Source: Sumerlaeia bacterium (GTDB taxonomy: Bacteria > Sumerlaeota > Sumerlaeia > SLMS01 > JAHLLQ01). Taken from it: a DNA stretch of 64,000 nucleotides. A program made the translations under genes and the position numbers. How positions within the stretch are numbered: position 1 is the stretch's first letter; each line of letters starts with the position of its first letter. The notes under the pieces were generated by a model. That model was not told the DNA's origin and made no database searches. It was given only the letters and a program-made list of their open reading frames with translations. Positions 18,478 to 26,384 of this stretch are shown one piece after another. The DNA is taken from assembly GCA_040219255.1 (NCBI GenBank), contig JAVJSW010000037.1, positions 128,001 through 192,000 on the forward strand, given 5' to 3'.

Positions 18478-19463
18478 GCCGGGGCTCCCTGGCTCAGACG
18501 CACAATGCGCGTCTCGCCGCCGGAGGGGCGCTCGATGGCGATCCAGGTCGTGCGCTCGGCGGGCAGTTCGGCGGGAAAAAGATTCGCCCACTCCACCAGA
18601 AGAACCCCGCGGCGGTTCTCGGCGCTTTCCGGAAAGCCGGTCGATTCCAGATCGGCGCCGCCCTCGAGGCGGTAGAAATCCCAGTGCTGAAAGGGCAGGC
18701 GGCTTTCCGTGTACTCGCGGCAAAGGGTGTAGGTGGGGCTGGCGATGGGGCCGGAAACGCCCAGGCCCCGGGCGAAGCCGCCGGCGAAACAGGTCTTGCC
18801 CGCACCCAGCGGCCCCACCAGCGCGAACACATCGCCGGGCTTGGCCCGCCGCGCCAGATCGCCCGCCAGCGCCCGCATCGCCGCCGGCGTTTCGATCCGC
18901 AGCTCGCCCGGCTTGGGCTTTGGAGCCGCCGCCATGGGCCAGAATTCCCGGGGTTCGAGGCGCTGTGTTTCCTCGTCGATTTCGAGTCCCTCCGGCGTCA
19001 GGGTCCACTGCTCCTGCCAAAGGCCAGGGAAAAACGTCGCCCCCGACGCCATCGCTTCCGACAAGGGATGCACCACGAAGGGGCGCTCGCGGATGCGAGG
19101 GTGGGGGAGCGCCAGCGCTTCCGAGGCGCTCGTTTGCTCGCCGAACAGCAGCAAATCCAAGTCGATATTTCTCGGTCCCCAGCGCCGCACGACCTTCTTG
19201 CCGAGCCGTTCCTCGAGGCGCTGCAGCGCCGCCAGCAGTTCGGCGCTGGTTCCCTCCCAGGTGCCCAGCACCACCGCGTTCAGAAACGGGTCCTGGTCTG
19301 GATCGCCCCACGGTTCGCTCTCGTAGAGCGAGGAGGTCGCGATCAGGTGGAAGGCCGGCAGCCGCAGCAGGCCCAGGAGGGCCTCGAAAGCGTTTTTCTC
19401 CCGATCCCCGAGATTCGTCCCGAGGCCGATGGCGACTGGTGTTCCTGCGGTTGAGAAAGGCAA
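18474..19463 (-). CDS. FolK (HPPK)-TsaE fusion protein
   Basis: N: IGLGTNLGDR, SSLYESEPWG, RWGPRNIDLDLL, LPHPRIRERPFV; C: GPLGAGKT, SPTYTL, HWDFYRL, VEWA. Confidence 0.88.
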   Translation of the reverse strand: MPFSTAGTPVAIGLGTNLGDREKNAFEALLGLLRLPAFHLIATSSLYESEPWGDPDQDPFLNAVVLGTWEGTSAELLAALQRLEERLGKKVVRRWGPRNIDLDLLLFGEQTSASEALALPHPRIRERPFVVHPLSEAMASGATFFPGLWQEQWTLTPEGLEIDEETQRLEPREFWPMAAAPKPKPGELRIETPAAMRALAGDLARRAKPGDVFALVGPLGAGKTCFAGGFARGLGVSGPIASPTYTLCREYTESRLPFQHWDFYRLEGGADLESTGFPESAENRRGVLLVEWANLFPAELPAERTTWIAIERPSGGETRIVRLSQGAPA

Positions 19464-19596
19464 GCCGGTTGTCCGAGTAGAAAATCCATCCCGCCGAAAG
19501 CGGACAGAGAGTGTGCGTCAAAGCCCGCCCCGGCGCAAGCCCCGCAAACGGAGCCCCGCAACCGGCCGTTTCCGCCGCGTTGCGGCGAGAGGATCG

Positions 19597-20877
19597 TCAA
19601 ACGGCGAACTCTTCGACTTTGTTCATATAGCGCTTGGGATAGAGCACGTGGATGCTGGCGTGGCCATCTTCGTACTTTTCTTCCAGCACCTCGCCGTCGC
19701 GGTGGAGGGCGGTGATGAGGTCGAAGCGCGTCGTGGGGATTTTCAGGTGCAGGTCGGCCATCGTGCTGGCGATCAGGCGGGCCAGTGCCACGCGCAGTTC
19801 GTCGAGCCCCTGGCCCCGGCCCACGGCCGCGCGGATGGTCAGATCGGCCAGTCCTTCGAAGCGCCGGAAGTCCTCCTCGTCCGCCACCAGATCGGCCTTG
19901 TTCAACACCAGCAGCGTTGGCTTGTCCTTTGCCCCCAGCTCCGCCAGGACCTCGGTCGTGACCTGGAAGTGATCCAGGGCTTGCGGGTGACTGGCGTCGA
20001 GGACGTGGACGAGGTAGTCGGCGTATTTGGCTTCCTCGAGGGTGGACTTGAAGGCTTCGACCAGATTGTGCGGCAGTTTACGGATAAACCCGACCGTATC
20101 GGTCAGCAGCATGGAGGGCCCGCCGGGCAATTCGAGGCGCCGCGTGGTCGGGTCCAGGGTGGCGAAGAGCTTGTCCTCCTGCAACACGCCGGCGTCGGTC
20201 AGGGCGTTGAGGAGCGTGGACTTACCCGCGTTCGTGTAGCCCACGATGGCGGCCAGGGGAAGGCCGTCGCGGCGGCGGCCCTTGCGGACCGTTTCGCGGT
20301 GGCTCTGGACGTGTTTGAGTTCCCGCTTGGTGGCGGCGATTTTGTCGCGCACGAGCCGGCGGTCGATTTCGATCTGCGCTTCGCCGGCGCCGCCAACGAA
20401 TCCGCCGCCGCCTCGCTGGCGTTCGAGGTGCGTCCAGGCGCGTTTCAGGCGAGGCAGGGAGTATTCCATGATCGCCAGATCGACTTGCAGGCGCGATTCC
20501 TTGGTCGTGGCTCGGGCGCCGAAGATGTCGAGAATCACCTGGCGCCGGTCGATACAGGCCACGTTGTCCACCAGTTTCTCCCAGTTGCGCTGCTGCGATG
20601 GCGAGAGTTCGCAGTCGAAAATCACGACTTCGGCCTCATGCGCTTCGAGCCGCGTCTTGATCTCTTCGGCTTTGCCGCTGCCGATGAAGAACTTGGGGTG
20701 GATGGTGGCGACGTTGACGACTTCCGAACCGATCACCTCCAGCCCCTGCGTGCCGACGAGACTGACGAGTTCGTCGAGGTGCTCTTGCGCCACCTGGGGC
20801 GTTATCTCCTGGGTGCGAACGCCTATCAAATAGGCGCGCTCCTGGTATTTTCTCTGATCGTCTAAAAACTCGGCCAA
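19597..20877 (-). CDS. hflX: GTPase HflX
   Basis: GYTNAGKSTL, LFATLDPT, DTVGF, NKAD; TTG start after GGAGGA assumed. Confidence 0.95.
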   Translation of the reverse strand: MAEFLDDQRKYQERAYLIGVRTQEITPQVAQEHLDELVSLVGTQGLEVIGSEVVNVATIHPKFFIGSGKAEEIKTRLEAHEAEVVIFDCELSPSQQRNWEKLVDNVACIDRRQVILDIFGARATTKESRLQVDLAIMEYSLPRLKRAWTHLERQRGGGGFVGGAGEAQIEIDRRLVRDKIAATKRELKHVQSHRETVRKGRRRDGLPLAAIVGYTNAGKSTLLNALTDAGVLQEDKLFATLDPTTRRLELPGGPSMLLTDTVGFIRKLPHNLVEAFKSTLEEAKYADYLVHVLDASHPQALDHFQVTTEVLAELGAKDKPTLLVLNKADLVADEEDFRRFEGLADLTIRAAVGRGQGLDELRVALARLIASTMADLHLKIPTTRFDLITALHRDGEVLEEKYEDGHASIHVLYPKRYMNKVEEFAV

Positions 20878-21157
20878 GCGGCGGCGTCCTCCATCGGGGG
20901 AAATCTGGTGGAAAGACCCTGCAAGACCCGGGCCGGAAAAGACAATGGAAAGTGGGGGTGTGGCGGTCAGCATGGCGGGCGCCCTCCTGAGGCGTGACGT
21001 TGGAGGGAGCCTCTCACAACCCCCGCCGTTTGTCCCCTCATGTGGAGCTTCGGGAACAAGAAAGACAAAATACACTTGTCAGACTAAACAGACAAGAGGA
21101 GATTAGGGGCGGGTAAGTCGTGTAATGGGTGTGGTTCGGAGGTGCGGAGTATGGGAC

Positions 21158-21267
21158 TTCACCGCAGAGACGCGGAGCACGCTGAGGTTGGGGCTTTGGG
21201 GTGCTGGGCGTGGGGTGGGTGGGGCGCGGGTTTTCTGTTTTTAACGCAAAGCAGCGAAGGGGCGAAG
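21158..21267. repeat. short-period heptamer repeat arrays
   Basis: CGCAGAG/CGCGGAG/CGCTGAG (21163-21186) and CGCAAAG/AGCGAAG/GGCGAAG (21245-21267). Confidence 0.45.
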
Positions 21268-21293
21268 GGTGCGTAGAGAAAGGTGAAATCCGC

Positions 21294-21551
21294 TCAGGCC
21301 AGCGAACTCAAGTACCACCGCGCCAGGAAGCACGCCCCCGCATGCACGATCAAGAGCGCGCCCGCTGCGAAGGTGAGCGGGTGGAGTCTCCGGACACCGA
21401 GCGTGTACAAGAGCAAGAGCGCCGACCCCGTGATGCCGAAAGGAATGAGGCCCTCAACAGCGAAGTCAAAGAACACGCCGCTCAAGACCGCGAGCACGAT
21501 GAGCGGAATGTTGAGAGCGATGGCGATGGCGAAGATTTGGTCTTTGGGCAC
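21294..21551 (-). CDS. small membrane protein (3 TM)
   Basis: Strongly hydrophobic 85 aa; AGGAG RBS upstream of GTG. Confidence 0.6.
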   Translation of the reverse strand: MPKDQIFAIAIALNIPLIVLAVLSGVFFDFAVEGLIPFGITGSALLLLYTLGVRRLHPLTFAAGALLIVHAGACFLARWYLSSLA

Positions 21552-21575
21552 CGGTGACTCCTTGCGGCCTAAGCA

Positions 21576-22001
21576 CTAGTTTCCTTTTGCAACCTCGTAG
21601 TCATGCCTCGTGATCCGCCATTTGCCGCTCTCGTCGAGCGTGTAACGATAGGAAATGTAGTCTCGAGGTTCCAGGAATCCACTATCACCAAGCTCCTGGA
21701 TCGAGTGAGGCAAACGATCCATCTCGAGAGCGAATTGATTGATCGCGATCACAAGGCCCATCCGGTCGTAAGGCCATCGCAAATCTGGATCATTGAAGGC
21801 GCTCGACATACCCGGTCTTTGTGAGAACTCGAGATGCCCTTCACGCTGTTGCGTCAGCTCCTCGATTAACACACGCCGTTCTTCATCGCTTTCGGTATAA
21901 TATCGATAGCGAGTCAGGGAAAGATGAAGCCCTATTATGAGGAAACAAGAACCTGCAAATAACAGGAATCCGGCGATCAGAATTTTCCTTTTGCAGCCCA
22001 T
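21576..22001 (-). CDS. hypothetical N-anchored protein, low GC
   Basis: N-terminal TM; AINQFALEMDRLPHSIQEL resembles pseudopilin helix-loop. Confidence 0.55.
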   Translation of the reverse strand: MGCKRKILIAGFLLFAGSCFLIIGLHLSLTRYRYYTESDEERRVLIEELTQQREGHLEFSQRPGMSSAFNDPDLRWPYDRMGLVIAINQFALEMDRLPHSIQELGDSGFLEPRDYISYRYTLDESGKWRITRHDYEVAKGN

Positions 22002-22272
22002 GGCTTGCTCTGATTCCCTTTCTCGATAGTCTCGTGAGCGTGGTCTTTCTGCCAGCTCAATTCATCCTTGCTCGCGATAAGAACGCTCTGCCAACCCCAA
22101 TCCCGCCACCTCCGCGAATCTCCTCCCTCCCCATCCTCCGTGTCCCCAACCCTTGCCGCCGCCCCCGCGCCTTTAATCCTTGCCATCGGACCCGGCTTTC
22201 CAGCCAATGCGCGGTGTGACGGGCGAAAGGATAGCCGATGACTTTTCTCAATTTTTGGGGCGAACGGCGCTG

Positions 22273-23118
22273 ATGGACTCCGATTCTCTCAACAGCCAAC
22301 TGGAACATTTGTACTCGAGCGCGGAAGCCGCCACCTACGAGGGCCTGGTGGACGAGGCCATTCGCCGGTGCGAGACGGCGATGACGCTGCTGGATCAGAA
22401 TTACGAGGAGGAGCTGTCCTTTACCCACTCGGATTTTCTGATGGTGGCCGGCCATGCGTGCTGGAAGGACGGCGACAACGAGGGCGCGTTCCGCTATTAC
22501 CGCCAGGCCTACTCGATGGAGATGGGCCGCACGGACGCTCTGGTGGCGATGGGGGTGGCGCTGTTTTATCTGTGCCGCTTTTCCGCCGCGGCGCATTATC
22601 TCGAGTTGGCCAGCGTCGAGGAGCCCGACAGCGGCGAGGTCTGGTATTTCCTGGGCATTCTGGCGCTGAGGGCCGGCGATGTGCAGAAGGCCGATTTCCA
22701 TTTCGAGCGGGCCGAGGAGCTGGAGCCGGAGCGCCAGCGCCCCGTTTTCCTGCCGGTCGAGCGCATCAGCGCCATCCTGGAGGAGATGTACTCGCGTTAT
22801 CCCGAGGACATTCGCCGCGCCATGGAGAACGTGCCGATTATCCTGGAGGATCGGCCCAGCGAGGCGATGCTGTTTTCCGACAATCCGCCGCTGGACCCGT
22901 TGATGCTGGGCATTTTCGAGGGCACGCCGTTGCCCGAGCGGGCCGATAACGACTTGGCCGCGGGCCTGACCCGCATCGTCCTGTTCCTGGAAAACATCGC
23001 CCTGGTGGCGCCGGACGAGGAGAAGCTGATCGAGGAGCTGGATATCACGCTGAAGCACGAGATCGGCCACTTCCTCGGCCTGGACGAGGACGATCTGCTG
23101 GCCCGCGGGTTGGATTGA
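22273..23118 (+). CDS. TPR + minimal zincin (Zincin_1) metallopeptidase family protein
   Basis: TPR-like helices; LGIFEG.P, RIVLF..NI, TLKHEIGHFLGLDEDDL. Confidence 0.85.
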   Translation: MDSDSLNSQLEHLYSSAEAATYEGLVDEAIRRCETAMTLLDQNYEEELSFTHSDFLMVAGHACWKDGDNEGAFRYYRQAYSMEMGRTDALVAMGVALFYLCRFSAAAHYLELASVEEPDSGEVWYFLGILALRAGDVQKADFHFERAEELEPERQRPVFLPVERISAILEEMYSRYPEDIRRAMENVPIILEDRPSEAMLFSDNPPLDPLMLGIFEGTPLPERADNDLAAGLTRIVLFLENIALVAPDEEKLIEELDITLKHEIGHFLGLDEDDLLARGLD

Positions 23119-23157
23119 TCGGCGGCGGGGCCGAATGCCTGGCGCGCGCTCAGGTCT

Positions 23158-24237
23158 TCATCCCTCGGGCTCCCCCCTCATTGCCCGAATCAGATCGGCG
23201 GCGTCATGCAGGGTGTCGTCGTTCGAGTCGAGATACGGCTCGATCTCCACCGTCGGCACGCAGCCACAGGTCACCACTTCGGCGATGCAGCGGCGGACGA
23301 CGCCCCAAGTGGGGACTTCGGGAAAGTTCGGCTTGGCGAAATCGCTTGGCGATGGGCCCGGGGTCTCGGAACCATCCATGTTCGGCGTGACAACGCCGTT
23401 GTATGTATAGCTATACAATGGCTGGGCATCCAGATGCAGCGTTTCTGTGGTGTAGCCATCCAGCTTGAAATGCACGTCCATCGGACCGACCGGAGCGTCT
23501 TCTCCGAAATAGGCAGAGGAAGGATCTTGTGGCTCCGGAATATCTCCCCAACGAAGAAAGAAATCCGCGAAGGGGCCATCGGTTATGGCCGATTTGAAGA
23601 TATGAGTATCCACTTTCCGTGTGACCAAATTGTTCCCCGGCAGGTACTCTATTGTAATCGTGACCGAACGGTGAAAAAGGTCCGGAATCCATTCCAGGTT
23701 AGGGTACATTGAAGGGACATGGCGGCTATCCGAAAAACTCATGTCGAACTCTATAAACAGATAGTCATCGGTTTCCTCCGGGAGAACGTCGCTTCGATCT
23801 GTCCCAAACGGCCGCAACTCCACCTCGCTCCCCTTCACGGGGGCGAGCCAGGCAAGACGGCTGCTGCCGAAGGCATAACTTTCCGCCCCAAGGTATCCGG
23901 TAATGCAGTGTCCTTCTCCGGAGAATTCTGGAGAAAAAACCTTGAACGCGAGTGGAGTGCCCGCTGGTGCCCCAACTAGGCCATTAAATCCAATAAAGGC
24001 ATCGCTCAAATACGGCTCTTCTCCGTCTACATAAACACAACTTATATCCTCTGGTCCAAATACAATTTGTCTATTCTGCATTCCGACACGCCCCTCCACA
24101 TCATAGAACGGACTGATTATAAAATTCGTCTCCGATGTGATGATGCCAAAAGCGTCCCATGGAAGAAGCGCCAGGCCACCGGCGAGCGCGAGGCCAATCC
24201 GGCTTGTCTTGCTGATTTTCATTCTACGATGGTCCAT
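23158..24237 (-). CDS. secreted protein with C-terminal dockerin/EF-hand-like tail
   Basis: Signal peptide (IGLALAGGLALLPWDAFG); C-terminal YLDSNDDTLHDAADLI; low-GC core. Confidence 0.6.
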   Translation of the reverse strand: MDHRRMKISKTSRIGLALAGGLALLPWDAFGIITSETNFIISPFYDVEGRVGMQNRQIVFGPEDISCVYVDGEEPYLSDAFIGFNGLVGAPAGTPLAFKVFSPEFSGEGHCITGYLGAESYAFGSSRLAWLAPVKGSEVELRPFGTDRSDVLPEETDDYLFIEFDMSFSDSRHVPSMYPNLEWIPDLFHRSVTITIEYLPGNNLVTRKVDTHIFKSAITDGPFADFFLRWGDIPEPQDPSSAYFGEDAPVGPMDVHFKLDGYTTETLHLDAQPLYSYTYNGVVTPNMDGSETPGPSPSDFAKPNFPEVPTWGVVRRCIAEVVTCGCVPTVEIEPYLDSNDDTLHDAADLIRAMRGEPEG

Positions 24238-24285
24238 TCTCGTTACCCTTCCACTTCGACCGAAGCGGCGGCGTGCCTGCCCGTC

Positions 24286-25347
24286 TCACTCGTTCCTGAG
24301 CGACGCCATATCGATGCAGAAGCGGTACTTCACGTCGGACTTCAGCAGCCGGTCGTAGGCTTCGTTGACTTTCTGAATCGGGATGACTTCCACGTCGGCG
24401 GTGATGTTGTGCGCGCCGCAGAAGTCGAGCATTTCCTGGGTCTGGGGAATGCCGCCGGTGTTCGAACCGGACAGGTTGCGGTTGCCGAACAGGAGGCTGA
24501 AGGCCGACAGCGAGAGGGGCTCGGGCGGCGCGCCGACGAGTGTCATGTTGCCATCGACCTTGACCAGGTTCAGGTAGGCGTCGATGTCGTGCTTCGCCGC
24601 CACGGTATCGAGGATGAAGTCGAAGGTGCCCGCGTGCTTTTTCATCTGGTTGGCGTCGGTGGAAATGACGACTTCGTCGGCGCCCAGGCGCAGGGCGTCG
24701 CCCTTTTTGGACTCGGTGCGGCTGAAAACGGCGACGTGGGCGCCAAAGGCGCGGGCGAATTTGACCGCCATGTGGCCCAGACCGCCCAGGCCCACGACGC
24801 CCACTTTCATTCCCGCCCCCACATTGAACCGCCGCAGCGGCGAATAGGTGGTGATTCCCGCGCAGAGCAGCGGCGCCGCCCCCGCCAGATCCAGGTTCGC
24901 GGGCAGGCGCAGCGCGAAGTGCTCGTGCACGACGATGCTTTCCGAATACCCGCCAAAGGTCATCGGCGCCGTGCCATGGCGGTCGGCGGAGCCAAAGGTC
25001 ATGGTGGCGTCGGGGCAGAAGTTCTCGCGCCCCGCCTTGCACATCGGACACGACAGGTCCGACCCCACGAAACAGCCGACGGCGACCAGATCGCCGGTTT
25101 TGTGCTTCGTCACCTCGGGCCCCACCTTGGCCACCCGGCCCACGATTTCGTGGCCCGGAACGGCGGGATACATGGCGGGGATGGCATCGCTCCATTCGTT
25201 GCGGACAAAGTGCAGGTCCGAGTGGCAGATGCCGCAGTACAGGATTTCGATCTGCACATCGTGGCCTTGGGGGTCGCGGCGATCGATGGCGTCGAGGGCG
25301 AGGGGGGACGTGGCGCTGGCGGCGGAGTAGGCTTTGGCTTTGTACAT
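24286..25347 (-). CDS. NADP-dependent zinc alcohol dehydrogenase (cinnamyl ADH/YahK family)
   Basis: CGICHSD, GHEIVG, APLLCAGITTYSPL, GLGGLG, DVKYRF. Confidence 0.93.
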   Translation of the reverse strand: MYKAKAYSAASATSPLALDAIDRRDPQGHDVQIEILYCGICHSDLHFVRNEWSDAIPAMYPAVPGHEIVGRVAKVGPEVTKHKTGDLVAVGCFVGSDLSCPMCKAGRENFCPDATMTFGSADRHGTAPMTFGGYSESIVVHEHFALRLPANLDLAGAAPLLCAGITTYSPLRRFNVGAGMKVGVVGLGGLGHMAVKFARAFGAHVAVFSRTESKKGDALRLGADEVVISTDANQMKKHAGTFDFILDTVAAKHDIDAYLNLVKVDGNMTLVGAPPEPLSLSAFSLLFGNRNLSGSNTGGIPQTQEMLDFCGAHNITADVEVIPIQKVNEAYDRLLKSDVKYRFCIDMASLRNE

Positions 25348-25504
25348 GGGGCGGTGGCTCCTGAAGGTCGAGGGCGAATGTGCCCACAGCCGGGCGAAGA
25401 GATCAAGTGCGGATCGCTGGGCGGGAACCCGATGGCGCGCGGCGTGGGGCGGGGGAGAGGGGCGTGGGGCGATGAGTTCAGGCCACTTACGCCCGGGGGT
25501 GATT

Positions 25505-25564
25505 TTCGTCTTTACTTTGCCAGAGAAACGCTTTTTCTTCGTCTGAGAGAGAGACGAACGTTTC
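25505..25564 (+). promoter_or_regulatory. palindromic candidate operator upstream of PolB2 operon
   Basis: TTCGTCT(25538)-7 nt-AGACGAA(25552), flanked by GAAACG/CGTTTC; extra TTCGTCT at 25505. Confidence 0.35.
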
Positions 25565-25582
25565 CGGACGGTGGTGGCATCG

Positions 25583-26206
25583 ATGTGGTTTTCCCTGCAA
25601 ATCTCCCGTGGCCTCTCCTCTCGCTTGCTGCGCGACCTCGCTCCGCTGGTGCGCCCCCCGGAAAGCGCTCTGTACTGCGTCGATGCGGTGAACGCCTTCG
25701 ATCCCTACGCCTTTGTCCAGGCGGCGCGGCTGTGGAAGGCGGACCCGGACGAGGTCCTGGGCCGGGTGTGGATCACGCGCACGTTCACCATTCATCAACT
25801 CTGTGCCGTGGCCGAGGACATGGTGCCGGCGCTTTTCGCCGAGGGGGCGGGCCCGCCGCCGGCCTTTGTGCTGCTGGGGCTGGACCATCTTTTTCGCGAG
25901 GAGTCGTTGCCCGAACGCGAGCGCGCCCTGGTGCTGAATCGGGTGCTGGCGGCGCTGGAGGGCCTGCCGGCGGAGGCGGAGCTGCTGATGACCTATGAGC
26001 CGCCGCCGACGCACGAGCCGTTCTGGCTGCCGTTGCGCGCGTTCGGCGGGGTGCGGGGGAGGGTTCGTCTCTTGTCGAACGAGGAACTTTGTCTGGAAAT
26101 TGAGGAGACGCCCGATGGGACGCACCGTACCGACTTTCAACATGTGGCTGCAAGAGGAGGAGGACTCCTGGCGTGCCTTTCGGCGAGCCTTGCGCGCGGA
26201 GCATAA
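25583..26206 (+). CDS. inactive RadA/RecA-like protein (iRadA, ImuA analogue)
   Basis: VDAVNAFDPY, LGRVWITRTFTIHQL; no Walker A; start could be 25571. Confidence 0.7.
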   Translation: MWFSLQISRGLSSRLLRDLAPLVRPPESALYCVDAVNAFDPYAFVQAARLWKADPDEVLGRVWITRTFTIHQLCAVAEDMVPALFAEGAGPPPAFVLLGLDHLFREESLPERERALVLNRVLAALEGLPAEAELLMTYEPPPTHEPFWLPLRAFGGVRGRVRLLSNEELCLEIEETPDGTHRTDFQHVAARGGGLLACLSASLARGA

Positions 26207-26384
26207 GGGGGCCTTCGACCGCATTTTCACCCGCGCGCGGCGCCACAGCGCCGAATCCGCCGCCGCCGCCCGCGCCGTGCCGTTCGAGGCGCTGGTGTTC
26301 GCCGTGCTGCTGGAAATGGAGCTGGAACTCAAAGAACTGCGCGCGGAGCTGGAAGCCGCGCGGAAAGGCACCCCTGAACCATGA
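26115..26384 (+). CDS. small PolB2-associated helical protein
   Basis: GAGGAG RBS; MGRTVPTF...W..FRRALR...FD.IF..AR.H....PFE.L..A.LLE, matching the archaeal PolB2 partner pattern. Confidence 0.75.
   Translation: MGRTVPTFNMWLQEEEDSWRAFRRALRAEHKGAFDRIFTRARRHSAESAAAARAVPFEALVFAVLLEMELELKELRAELEAARKGTPEP

Noticed and set aside
17773-19521. 582-aa ORF suggesting a longer TsaB fusion
   Set aside because: Upstream part is an off-frame reading of folK-tsaE; TsaB homology starts at GTG 18477
24067-25998. 643-aa plus-strand ORF
   Set aside because: Antisense to the alcohol dehydrogenase and out of frame with iRadA; no motifs
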